Source: a bacterium (GTDB lineage Bacteria > UBA8248). From it: a stretch of DNA of 64,000 nucleotides. Below, in pieces: positions 49,727-59,254 of the stretch. The DNA is taken from contig OZ241326.1 in NCBI GenBank assembly GCA_965199855.1, positions 1,984,001 to 2,048,000 on the forward strand, given 5' to 3'. The number at the start of each line of letters is the position of its first letter. Within the stretch, counting starts at the first letter, position 1. The translations under genes and the position numbers were made by a program. The notes under the pieces are model-generated. The model ran no database searches. It saw only the letters and a list, made by a program, of their open reading frames with translations, and was not told where the DNA came from.

Positions 49727-50764
49727 TCAGGCCATCGCGGGCGCGACTTCCTTGGCGAACCTCTCCAGAAGCCTGAGAGACTGCTCGTGCTTCATGCCGT
49801 CGCCATAGACCCCCAGAATCACGCTGTTCAGCCCGAAATCGTCCCGCAGACGGCAGAGTTCCTGTATGTTCTCCTCGACGGAGCCAATGACGCCGCCACC
49901 GTTCAGAAATTCGCGCACATCGAGCTTGTAGCTCCAGTTTCGCTGAAGGTGCCTTCCCTCCTCTTCCGGGAAATCGACCTCGTTCACCTTCGCGCGGTAT
50001 GCCAGATAGGAGGAAAGCCCCCGCTTGAAGGCGTCCAGATAGTGCTCCTGCTCGCCGTCCTCGCAGACGTAGAAGCGGTGCACCATGGCGTAATCAATGC
50101 CGGCTGTGTCTCCGCCCGCCGCCGCGAGCGCCTCCTCGTAGAGGTTCATTTTCTCGCGATAGACTCCCGGTCCCTTGAAGCCGGCCGAGGCCATTACCTT
50201 GAATCCGTTGGCGCCGGCATACGCATAGGTTTCGGGACTCGTGCCAGCCAGCCAGATGGGAGGGCTCGGCTTTTGCAGGGGCTGCGGAAAAATACGCACG
50301 CCATGACATTGATAATGCTCTCCCTCGAACGTCACCTCCTCTCCCTTCAGGAGGCGGGAGATAATCTCCAGCCCCTCCTTGAGCCGTCCCCTGCTCTCGG
50401 ATGGCTTCGCGCCGAACGTCTTGAACTCCTTGGGCTGGGAGCCTCGGCCCACGCCCAGTTCGAGCCGTCCGCCGCTCAGCAAATCGACCATCGCCGCCTG
50501 CTCGGCCAGCCGCACCGGATTGTGAAAGGGGACGATGGATATCGCCGTCCCCAAGCGGATGTTTTTCGTCTTCTGCGCTACCGCCGCGCACCAGAGCAGC
50601 GGGTCGGGACACATGCCCACCCTGGAGAAGTGATGCTCGGCGAACCAGGCGCAATGATAGCCGAGTTCATCAGCCGCCTGGCACTGCTCCATCACCTTCC
50701 GGTAGGCGTCCGCCTCGGATTCGCCCTCTTGGGGACACAGCACGTAAAAAATCGAAAATTTCAT
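49727..50764 (-). CDS. LLM-class flavin-dependent oxidoreductase (luciferase-like)
   Basis: WFAEHHF, NPVRLAEQAAMVDLLSGGRLELGVGRG, PQPLQKPSPPIW. Confidence 0.9.
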   Translation of the reverse strand: MKFSIFYVLCPQEGESEADAYRKVMEQCQAADELGYHCAWFAEHHFSRVGMCPDPLLWCAAVAQKTKNIRLGTAISIVPFHNPVRLAEQAAMVDLLSGGRLELGVGRGSQPKEFKTFGAKPSESRGRLKEGLEIISRLLKGEEVTFEGEHYQCHGVRIFPQPLQKPSPPIWLAGTSPETYAYAGANGFKVMASAGFKGPGVYREKMNLYEEALAAAGGDTAGIDYAMVHRFYVCEDGEQEHYLDAFKRGLSSYLAYRAKVNEVDFPEEEGRHLQRNWSYKLDVREFLNGGGVIGSVEENIQELCRLRDDFGLNSVILGVYGDGMKHEQSLRLLERFAKEVAPAMA

Positions 50765-50950
50765 CTTCCCCTCGCCTTTCCCGCATTCCTGAACGCGCGG
50801 ATGCGGCGTTCCGTCCCCCGCGGCGCGGCGGTTTCGGCTCACGCGATTGCGGGCTTCAACCTATCACCTTGCGCGCGCTCTGAGAAGCGAGAGACAAATC
50901 ATCACGGCCTGGGCTAGGATTGGAGAGAACCTCGCCAAAGGAGAAGCCGA

Positions 50951-51700
50951 ATGCGCTTCGAGGGCAAGACCATCATCATCACGGGCGCGGGCGCGGGCAT
51001 CGGCCGGGCAAGCGCGCTGAGGCTCGCGCGCGAGGGCGCGCGCGTCGTCTGCATGGACGTCGCGGAATCGCGCGAGGACACCGCCCGGATCATCAAGGAG
51101 AGAGGCGTCGGCGACGCGAGCGCCGTGGCCCTCAACGCCTTCGACCCGGAGGCGGTGAAGGAGGCTTTTCGGGAGGCCATTCGGGCGCGCGGGCCGATCG
51201 ACGGCCTCGTCAACTGCGTCGGCGGGGGCCTGCCCCTGTCCGCGCTGGAAATCGACGAGCAGGCTTTCGATAAAATGTTCGAGATCAACGTGAAGAGCGT
51301 CTATCGCGCCTGCTGGGCGGTGCTACCCCACATGCGGGAGAGGAGGGCCGGCAAGATCGTCAACTTCTCCTCCGTCGCGGGCCGCTCGGCCAGCGTCCTC
51401 CAGGGGCCGCACTATTCGAGTTCCAAGGCCGCCGTCATCGGCCTGACGCGCCACCTCGCCCGCGAGTTCGGCCCCTGCAACATCAACGTGAACGCCATCG
51501 CCCCGGGCGTCGTCGGCACCGAGCGCATCCTGGCGCAAATGAGCGAGGCGCAAAGGAAGAAAACGGAGTCCGCTACGCCCTTGGGGCGAATCGGCTCGCC
51601 CGAGGACGTCGCAGGCGTCGTGGCCTTCCTCGCCTCGGAAGACGCCCGGCACGTCACCGGCGTCACCATCGACGTGAACGGGGGCTTTTTCCTGGCCTAA
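50951..51700 (+). CDS. Short-chain dehydrogenase/reductase
   Basis: TGAGAGIG, YSSSK, NAIAPG, DVNGG. Confidence 0.9.
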   Translation: MRFEGKTIIITGAGAGIGRASALRLAREGARVVCMDVAESREDTARIIKERGVGDASAVALNAFDPEAVKEAFREAIRARGPIDGLVNCVGGGLPLSALEIDEQAFDKMFEINVKSVYRACWAVLPHMRERRAGKIVNFSSVAGRSASVLQGPHYSSSKAAVIGLTRHLAREFGPCNINVNAIAPGVVGTERILAQMSEAQRKKTESATPLGRIGSPEDVAGVVAFLASEDARHVTGVTIDVNGGFFLA

Positions 51701-51830
51701 AACGGGGGCGCCACCGCGGCTTCCATGCGGCTCGCGTTCTCTCTCGAAAACCAACGCGGCTTCCGACGACTCAGCCAGCCGAAGTTTCGGCGCCCCTTGG
51801 TCGGGTAGCCGCTCCCTCGCCCCCGTCAGC

Positions 51831-54029
51831 CTACCCCTTGGTGGATTCCGCCTCCAAAGAGGGGCCTGCAACCGCGAAATCCTTGGGCCGCATCAGCTGC
51901 ATGGCGACCGACGCGAGCATCAGGACGAGGCCCGTAGTCTTGAACCACAGGCCGTTCCAGAACAGGGCCGCGCCCGCCGCGCCCATGAGGATGCGGTCAA
52001 AAACCGTCAGCAGGCGAAGGAAGTAGCCCTCCAGGGCCGCCGAGGTGCAGATGAAGCCCAGGGCCGCGCTCGCCCAAACCAGGATGACCTCGCTCCAGGG
52101 GCCGTTGATCAGAATCGGCGTGTAGGCCATCAAAAGAGGCACGACGTAAAGCGGCTTCGCCAGCTTCAGGGAGATGAAGCCGGTCCGCATCGGGTCGCAC
52201 TGCGCGACGCCCGCGGCCACGAACGCGCCCAGGGCGAAGGGCGGTGTGAGTGCGGCGTCCTGGCTCAGCCAGAGGATGATCATGTGCGCGGTGAACATGG
52301 AGAGACCGAAATCCATAAGGGCGGGCCCGGCGAGAATGGCGATGAGGATGTAGCTCGCCGTGATCGTCATCCCCATGCCCAGGATATAGCTGGCCAAGGC
52401 CACGAGCGCCACCGCCAGAAAGAGCATGTTGTTCGAATAGGAAAGGATGATGGCCGTCATCTTCTGCGCGAGGTCGGGATGCGTGACGCCGGTGAGGACG
52501 AGGCCCATGACGCCGGCCGTCGCGCCGATAACGAGTGAATTGACGGAGCCGGTGACGAACGCATCCCCGATTTCGGACATGATGCGCCTCGCCTCCCCGT
52601 GCCGCCACGCCAGAAAGCACGCAATCGCCACGTAGAGATACACCGCGTCGCCGCCGTAGATGATGCTCGCCGCGAAGACGGCCGCCTCCAGCCCCAGCAG
52701 ATACCAGCACTTCTGCTTGAACGTGCTCACCACCACGGCAGCGGCGATGGCCCAGAAGCCCGCGAAAAACGGCGAGAACTGAAGGATGAGGAGCATGATG
52801 AGCAGCGCGATGGGAAGGAGCAGCACCCCGTCTTTTCTGAGAACGCCCCAGAAGTCGGGCAACTCCTCCCTGCTCAGGCCCTGAAGATTGTTTTTGCTCG
52901 CGTAGTAGTGAACCGACATGAAGACGGACAGATAATACAGTAGCGCGGGCACGAGGCTCACGAGGGCTACCTTGTAGTACGGGGTCTCGGTCATCGCGGC
53001 GAGAATGAAGGCGGCGGAGGCCATGATCGGCGGCATCAGGTGCCCCCCGATGCTGGCTACGGCTTCCGTGGCCGCGGCATAGGTGGCCCGGAATCCGCCG
53101 CGCTTCATGAGGGGTATCGTAAAGGTTCCCGTGATGACGATGTTCGCCGCTCCGCTGCCCACGATGGAGCCGACGAGGCCGCTCGACACCACGGACGCCT
53201 TCGCGGCCCCTCCCTTAAAGCGGCCCACCAGCGCGAAGGCGAGATCGACGAACACGTCGCCCACGCGCGTGGCCTGGAGCAGCGCGCCGAAGATCAGGAA
53301 GATGAACACCACCTGCGCATAGACGCGGGTGATGACCCCGTAAATGCCCGACTGGCTGTAGAGATAGCCCATCACGTAGCCGAACTCGGCGCCCTTGTGC
53401 GCCAGAAGGCCGGGGAACATCGGCCCCGCCCAGTCGTAGAACAGAAAAATAATGGCGACGATGGGCAGCACCAAGCCGAGCACGCGGCGGCACGTCTCCC
53501 AGACGAGGCACGCGGCCATAAAGCCGAACGCCACGTCGTTCCACTCTACGATGCCTGCTCTCGCGCCTCTGTCGTCGTAGAAATACATGAACTCGCACAT
53601 CACGAGAACGCTGAGGACGCACCAGAGAACGTCGAAGGCCGAGGGCCTCTCCCGGGGCGAACCCGCCCGACAGGGATACAGCAGGAAAGTGAGAACCGAC
53701 GTGAAGCAGATGAATATGGGCAGGGAGAACTGCTCCCCGTAGTAGGGGATGTAGGGAAACTCCAGCTGCGCCAGCTTCAAGCTCCTCGGGCCGAAGAGGG
53801 TGAAGCTTCCGTTCACCGCGCCGAAGAGAAAATACGCGGCGAACGCGAAGCCCACCACCCGCAGCGTCCAGAGGGAGGGGCCGCTCAGCGTCCTCGTTTG
53901 CGCGAGGCCCGCCCCGAGAAAATTCCCGATTCTGTCGATGACGCGGCGAAAGCTCAACCCACGATCCCCCGATACGAGGCGCGTCTCCCGCCGAAGCGCG
54001 CCCGGCGGGAAATGGGGCTCTGCCGACAT
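51831..54029 (-). CDS. TRAP transporter fused 4TM/12TM permease
   Basis: GGAAKASV, TGTFTIPLMKR, GGHLMPPIM, ILGMGM, LTPP. Confidence 0.9.
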   Translation of the reverse strand: MSAEPHFPPGALRRETRLVSGDRGLSFRRVIDRIGNFLGAGLAQTRTLSGPSLWTLRVVGFAFAAYFLFGAVNGSFTLFGPRSLKLAQLEFPYIPYYGEQFSLPIFICFTSVLTFLLYPCRAGSPRERPSAFDVLWCVLSVLVMCEFMYFYDDRGARAGIVEWNDVAFGFMAACLVWETCRRVLGLVLPIVAIIFLFYDWAGPMFPGLLAHKGAEFGYVMGYLYSQSGIYGVITRVYAQVVFIFLIFGALLQATRVGDVFVDLAFALVGRFKGGAAKASVVSSGLVGSIVGSGAANIVITGTFTIPLMKRGGFRATYAAATEAVASIGGHLMPPIMASAAFILAAMTETPYYKVALVSLVPALLYYLSVFMSVHYYASKNNLQGLSREELPDFWGVLRKDGVLLLPIALLIMLLILQFSPFFAGFWAIAAAVVVSTFKQKCWYLLGLEAAVFAASIIYGGDAVYLYVAIACFLAWRHGEARRIMSEIGDAFVTGSVNSLVIGATAGVMGLVLTGVTHPDLAQKMTAIILSYSNNMLFLAVALVALASYILGMGMTITASYILIAILAGPALMDFGLSMFTAHMIILWLSQDAALTPPFALGAFVAAGVAQCDPMRTGFISLKLAKPLYVVPLLMAYTPILINGPWSEVILVWASAALGFICTSAALEGYFLRLLTVFDRILMGAAGAALFWNGLWFKTTGLVLMLASVAMQLMRPKDFAVAGPSLEAESTKG

Positions 54030-54032
54030 GAG

Positions 54033-54060
54033 CCGGCCGGGAGAGCAATCTCCCGGCCGG
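54033..54060. other. Perfect 12-bp intercistronic hairpin between TAXI receptor and permease
   Basis: CCGGCCGGGAGA-GCAA-TCTCCCGGCCGG. Confidence 0.8.
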
Positions 54061-54083
54061 CAAGAATGAAGGGAGCTGGCCTA

Positions 54084-55061
54084 TCAGTTGGGCAGCTTGT
54101 TTCCGACTTCCTTCCAGTAGCGCGCGGCGCCCGGGTGCACCTTCATGCCGATGGCGGCCATCTGCTCCAGTCCCGGAGCCATGGCGAAGCCGGAAGCCCA
54201 GCCCTTGTGCACCTTCAGAAGGAACTCGCGGCCCTTCTTCGAGAAGTTGATGCGCGCCACTTCATAGACGACGTCGGCGGGCACGTTGCAGCCCACGATC
54301 GTCCACGCGGCATAGCCGATGGTGGGCACCGGCTTGTCCACGCCGCTGTATGCCCCTTTGATGATGTCGGTCTTGAAGTAGGCCTTGTTCGACTTCAGAA
54401 GGCCTTCGCCTACTTTCCCGTCTACCGGAAGCAGGGTGATGGGCGCCGAGGTCGCCAGCTTCAGGACAGCGGGCGAAGGGACGGGATTCGGGATGGTGAA
54501 GGCGTCGAGCCGGTTGTCCTTCACGGCGTCCGCCGCCACGTTCCAGTTCAGATTCTCCTCGCGCACCTTGATGCCGGCGAGCTGCACGACGGTGCGCGTC
54601 ATGAAGTGCGTGCTGCTCCCCCGGCGAGCGAAGCTCACACGCTTGCCGTCGAGCTGCGCTACAGTTTTGATGCCGGAGTCCTTTCGCACGGCGATGTGGA
54701 ACTGGGAAACCGTGCCGGGGCCCAGACCGCACTGGTTCTTGTAGGGCTTTTTGAACATTTTTTTGCCCTGAATCGCCAGCTGCACGAGCGTGGCCACGCC
54801 GAGGCCGAATTCCGCCTTGCCGTTTTCGACCAAGCGGATATCCTCCACCGCCCCGCGCGTGGTGAGATTGTTCATCTCCACGATCTTCGACTCTTTCGAC
54901 ACCAGAGCGGCGAGGCCGCCCCAGATCACGTAGGCGGCGGCGCCCGGTCCCGCGCCGGCGACCGAGGTCTTGATGCGCGCGGCCTCAGCCCCCGAAAACG
55001 AAAGGCCGACCGCCAGCGTGAACGCGACTGCTGCGAACGCAGCGTTTTTCAGGTGCTTCAT
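54084..55061 (-). CDS. TAXI-family TRAP solute-binding protein
   Basis: Signal peptide, TRGAVEDIRL, LDGKRVS, HPGAARYWKE. Confidence 0.9.
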   Translation of the reverse strand: MKHLKNAAFAAVAFTLAVGLSFSGAEAARIKTSVAGAGPGAAAYVIWGGLAALVSKESKIVEMNNLTTRGAVEDIRLVENGKAEFGLGVATLVQLAIQGKKMFKKPYKNQCGLGPGTVSQFHIAVRKDSGIKTVAQLDGKRVSFARRGSSTHFMTRTVVQLAGIKVREENLNWNVAADAVKDNRLDAFTIPNPVPSPAVLKLATSAPITLLPVDGKVGEGLLKSNKAYFKTDIIKGAYSGVDKPVPTIGYAAWTIVGCNVPADVVYEVARINFSKKGREFLLKVHKGWASGFAMAPGLEQMAAIGMKVHPGAARYWKEVGNKLPN

Positions 55062-55346
55062 CTGCTCTTCCTCCCTGGTGAATGGTGCGCCTCAAAATAA
55101 AGCGCTTCCCTGAGTATCCGCCTGAAGATGAAATCCCAAGAATTTTATATTCATTCAACAACCCGCTGCCGCCGCGCGGGATTCGGCGCGGTCGTCAACC
55201 AAAGCGCAAGCGCCAGAAACGCGGTCGCTGAATCAGAATGTCCGCATGGAGGAAATCTTAAACCATGCCGGATGAGAAAAGCAAGAAAGACTGCGATGCC
55301 GCGGCGAAAACCAGAACGGCGACGCAGGGCATCGCTCAGCGTAGCG

Positions 55347-56711
55347 TCAGCGCCCCGCTCCCATATTCGGCATTTGCGCCGTCCAGCCCAGCTCCGCCTC
55401 GCACCAACGGGCGGCGGCGAGCAGCTCCGCCTCGCCGAACCGCCGCCCGCCCAGCTGAATCCCGATGGGCAGGCGATTCTCGCCCCGGCCCACGGGCAGG
55501 GTGATGGACGGAAATCCGATTTGCGTGAAAGGCTCGTTGAACAGGGCGCTTCCCGTAGATTCCTCGGCCATGGGAGCGCAGGCGACATGAGCGGGCAGGA
55601 TGAGAAGCCCGAACCGCCGGAGGAAAATCTCCATCTTCCAGATGAAGCGCGCCCGAAAGCGCAGGGCGTTCACGTAATGAACGGCCGGCGTCATGAGGCC
55701 CGCTGCGATGTTTTTGTGGATTTCAGGCGCGTAAGCCGCCTGATTTTCCAGAAACATTCTCTCATGCCAGGAAGCCGCCTCCACCCGCATGATGATTCGG
55801 TGCGCCGCGTGCATCTCCTCCATGTCCACCGGCAGCCTCCCCTCTTCCACGTCCACGCCCAAGTCTCTGAGGCTCGCAACGCGCTCCTCGATTCGCTCGG
55901 CCACCTCCCGACTCGCCCGCGGGAGAAAATCCTCTTTCCAGAAACAGACCCGCTCAGGCTTGGCCGGCGCGGACGCTTCCGCGTAATCGGACGCAACGGA
56001 ATCAGACGCCTGCCTGCCGTCCCCGTCGGCGCCCGCCATGGCCGTGAACAGGCGCGCCGCGTCCTCGGCGCATCTGGCGATAATCCCCACGTGATCAAGA
56101 CGCCAGGACACCGGGACCATTCCGCTCCTGGGGATGCGTCCATAGGTGGGCTTGAGCCCCACGACGCCGCAAAACGCCGCGGGCCGCAGGGTTGAGCCGC
56201 CCGTCTGGCTGCCCACCGCGCCCGGAACCATTCCGGCGGCCACTGCCGCCGCGGAGCCGCTGCTCGAACCGCCTGGGCTTCGCTCCAGGTTCCACGGATT
56301 CCGCGTAATCGGCGGATCGGAGGTGGCGAACTGCGTGGTGATCGTCTTGCCGAGAAAAACCGCGCCCGCTCTCCTGAGACGCGCCGCGAGAGGGGCGTCC
56401 TCATCGGGCAGATGACCTTTCAAGAGAGGAGAACCCGCCTCGCGCGGCATCCCGGCGACATCCGCGATATCCTTGAAGCCGACGGGGGCGCCTGCAAGCC
56501 GCTCAACGCAGGCGCCGCCGGCGTTCCGTTCGTCAATCGCCTTCGCTCTCGCCAGAGCGCCCGCCTTGTCCACGTGCGCCCACGCGCGGACCTCGGGATC
56601 GACCGCGCCAATTCTCTCCAGCAAAGAGCGCGTCCATTCAGAAGCGGACAAACCGCCTTCCCGGATGCTCCTCAGCCCGTCGGAGAGACTCAGACGCCAG
56701 GGTTCTCGCAT
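55347..56711 (-). CDS. Amidase signature family enzyme (GatA/AtzE-like)
   Basis: Lys in GFKDIADV, PGGSSSGSAAAVA, GSQTGGSTLRPA. Confidence 0.92.
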   Translation of the reverse strand: MREPWRLSLSDGLRSIREGGLSASEWTRSLLERIGAVDPEVRAWAHVDKAGALARAKAIDERNAGGACVERLAGAPVGFKDIADVAGMPREAGSPLLKGHLPDEDAPLAARLRRAGAVFLGKTITTQFATSDPPITRNPWNLERSPGGSSSGSAAAVAAGMVPGAVGSQTGGSTLRPAAFCGVVGLKPTYGRIPRSGMVPVSWRLDHVGIIARCAEDAARLFTAMAGADGDGRQASDSVASDYAEASAPAKPERVCFWKEDFLPRASREVAERIEERVASLRDLGVDVEEGRLPVDMEEMHAAHRIIMRVEAASWHERMFLENQAAYAPEIHKNIAAGLMTPAVHYVNALRFRARFIWKMEIFLRRFGLLILPAHVACAPMAEESTGSALFNEPFTQIGFPSITLPVGRGENRLPIGIQLGGRRFGEAELLAAARWCEAELGWTAQMPNMGAGR

Positions 56712-56923
56712 TCCGGCTCCCCGCGCGCGCCTCGCGCTTGCCGCTGCGGTGCGCCGTTCAATTCCTCCAGTTTTTCCAGTATTTCGATCAAATGGGGCTT
56801 GCCGCCCGCCGGCAGCCGCCAGTTCACATGCGTCACGGCCACGTTCTGGCGTTCGAGATCATCCGCGAACATCTCGAGTCCCAGGCTGACGACCCGAAGC
56901 GGCGCGCGGCGCATATCCTTCAT
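56690..56923 (-). CDS. Small protein homologous to the FdrA C-terminal domain
   Basis: VVSLGLEMFADDLERQNVAVTHVNWRLPAGG resembles, from recall, the C-terminus of E. coli FdrA (VINIGLRSFA...VVHYQWSPVAGG). Confidence 0.75.
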   Translation of the reverse strand: MKDMRRAPLRVVSLGLEMFADDLERQNVAVTHVNWRLPAGGKPHLIEILEKLEELNGAPQRQARGARGEPECENPGV

Positions 56924-56926
56924 GGC

Positions 56927-58618
56927 CTATCCATCCTCCAGCAATTCCGGCTTGATCAGCGCCGCGGCGAACCGCGCCGCCTGCGCGTTCGAGGGCAGGA
57001 TGACCACGCCGGCCTCCTCCAAAATCCTTATCTGCGCGTCCAGCCCCTGCGGATCGCCCTCCGTTCCCACCACCGAGGCGACGAAAACCAGATCGTTCGC
57101 CTTCCGCCCCGCCTTCTTTATGGCCCGCGCCAAGGGTCCCGCCGGATCGGGGGCGCTTCCCCTGCCCAGCATCAGGTCGAACAGAATCACTCCGACATTT
57201 TCATCCTCGACCGATTGAAAAACCATTTCCGCGCGGGCCTCCGGGTCAATCATGGGGTGGGGTCTCCCCATCGTATATTGATCATCTCCCAGGTCGAGGA
57301 TTCGATGACGCCCTTCCCCCTCGTTCCAGAACACGTCGCCGAGCAGGGATTCGAGTATGAAGCGGCTCTCGTGGGCGAGCGTCCCCCCGGAGAAAAGTCC
57401 CAGAATCCCCGCGCCCCTCGGCCTGCCGCCGCGCCTTACAGAGGAGACGCGCTCCTTCACCGTCTCTCGCGCGAAGAAATTCTCCGGGCGATGGCTCTCC
57501 CCTTTCAGGATCGCCGCCAAGGCGTCGCCCGCATCCTCCAGAGTCCGCGCCCAACCCGGTCGCTCCGCCCCCAGAAAGCAGACTACGTGGGGCTTTCCAA
57601 GCGCGCTCAGCGCCTCTTCGATTCCGGGCAGCACCTCCGCCGCCGGCGGCTTGGAGATGAGCGCGACGATTCGCGTTTCCGGGTCATCGGCCAGAAAGTC
57701 AAGCGCGTGGAGCGTCATCAAGCCGCCCACCTCAGCGGACAAATCGCGCCCGCCCACGCCAATGCCGTGGGAAATTCCCTCGCCCAGGGCGTCGAGTCGC
57801 GAGGCGAGCGCCTGGAGGCCGGTGCCCGAGGCCGCGACGCAGCCCACGCGCCCCGGCTTCACCACGTTTGCGAACCCGAGCCCCACGCCGCCAACATAGG
57901 CCGTTCCGCAGTCAGGACCCATGAGGAGCAAGCCGCGCTCTACGGCTTCCCGCTTGAGGGCCGCCTCATCCTCGATTGGCACGTTGTCGCTGAAAAGGAA
58001 AACATGAAGCCCCAGGCGCAGGGCGTTCATGGCCTCTTTTCCGGCGTAGGCGCCGGGGATGGAGATCATCGCCAGGTTGGCGTCCGGCGCCTCGGTGAAC
58101 GCGCCCGCCAAATGAGAGGGCGAAAAATCTCCCCCCCCGCCCCGAGCGGAGCGGGCTTCCGCCAGAAAACCTTTCGCCTCCTCGATCGCCTCGAGCGCGA
58201 CCTCTCGGGATGCCGCCTCCACGGCCAGAACCAAGTCGTTCGGCCCGGCCTCAATATCCTCCTCCCCGACGAGTCCCGCCCGAAGCATGAGTTCATGGTT
58301 CATGGGCGTGCCCATGAGCGCGGCGGCCTCGGAGACGCCGGCCCTTTGGCGAAGCGTCCGCGCAAGCCGCATGAGCTTCACGGAATCCTGATACAAGGAA
58401 GGCAGGACGAGGCTTGCGAGCGCCAATTTATCTTCGGAGAGAGCCGCCGCAGACGGAACGAAAGGCTCCAGCGTTTTCTCGAAGGAGGCGGCCGACAGCG
58501 TTCGGATCATTTCCGCCGCCTCGTCGGCGGCCGCGGCGACGCGCTTTTCGTCATTGAGATCGAATACGCCGCGCGCCATCCGCTCGATTCGCCCGGCGAC
58601 GCCGTCCGGCTCTCTCAT
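56927..58618 (-). CDS. fdrA: FdrA-like acyl-CoA synthetase subunit with ~60-aa N-terminal extension
   Basis: YQDSVKLM, MGTPMN, FSDNV, MGPDCGT, ASGTG, GVGGRDLS, DLGDDQYTMGRPHPMIDP. ATG overlaps the ubiX stop. Confidence 0.85.
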   Translation of the reverse strand: MREPDGVAGRIERMARGVFDLNDEKRVAAAADEAAEMIRTLSAASFEKTLEPFVPSAAALSEDKLALASLVLPSLYQDSVKLMRLARTLRQRAGVSEAAALMGTPMNHELMLRAGLVGEEDIEAGPNDLVLAVEAASREVALEAIEEAKGFLAEARSARGGGGDFSPSHLAGAFTEAPDANLAMISIPGAYAGKEAMNALRLGLHVFLFSDNVPIEDEAALKREAVERGLLLMGPDCGTAYVGGVGLGFANVVKPGRVGCVAASGTGLQALASRLDALGEGISHGIGVGGRDLSAEVGGLMTLHALDFLADDPETRIVALISKPPAAEVLPGIEEALSALGKPHVVCFLGAERPGWARTLEDAGDALAAILKGESHRPENFFARETVKERVSSVRRGGRPRGAGILGLFSGGTLAHESRFILESLLGDVFWNEGEGRHRILDLGDDQYTMGRPHPMIDPEARAEMVFQSVEDENVGVILFDLMLGRGSAPDPAGPLARAIKKAGRKANDLVFVASVVGTEGDPQGLDAQIRILEEAGVVILPSNAQAARFAAALIKPELLEDG

Positions 58619-59229
58619 CCGGACGCTTCCCCGTCGTTGCGGGCTGAGAGGGTTTTCCGCTCCGGGTGCTGGCCTCGCCACCGCTCGAACAGGTTCTGCT
58701 CGAGGCCCAGGGTCGTCAGCGTCTTGCCCACCACGTGATCGATCAAATCCTCCATCGCGCGGGGTCTGAAATAGAACCCAGGCGAGGCAGGCAGGATGAA
58801 GACGCCCATCAGCGCGAGTTTGTGCATGTTCTCCAGGTGGATTGCGGAAAGCGGCATTTCGCGCGGCACGAGAACGAGTTTTCTCTGCTCCTTGAGCATC
58901 ACGTCCGCCGCCCGGCATATCAGGTTCTCGCCCGTGCCGGCGGCTATCTGCCCGAGCGTTTTGAGAGAGCAGGGAGCTATCGCCATCGCGTCGAAGCCGG
59001 CGCTCCCGCTCGCGGGCCGCGCCCCGATGTCGTTTTCCGGGTGAACGACGCGCGCCCAGGAAGAAAGCTTGGCGAGGTCCACGTCCGTCTCGTAGTTCAG
59101 GACGCGAATGCCCGCCCGGGAGACGACGAGGTGGGTTTCCACCTCGGGATATGCGTCGTGCAGAACCTCCATGAGCCGAACGCCGTATATCGAGCCGGAA
59201 GCGCCCGTGACGCCCACCACCAGTTTCAT
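58615..59229 (-). CDS. ubiX: Flavin prenyltransferase
   Basis: GVTGASGSIYG, ASGS, PCSLKTL, RAADVMLKE, PREMPL, PGFY. Confidence 0.92.
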   Translation of the reverse strand: MKLVVGVTGASGSIYGVRLMEVLHDAYPEVETHLVVSRAGIRVLNYETDVDLAKLSSWARVVHPENDIGARPASGSAGFDAMAIAPCSLKTLGQIAAGTGENLICRAADVMLKEQRKLVLVPREMPLSAIHLENMHKLALMGVFILPASPGFYFRPRAMEDLIDHVVGKTLTTLGLEQNLFERWRGQHPERKTLSARNDGEASG

Positions 59230-59254
59230 CGAACGACTCCGGCTTCAGGAAAAC

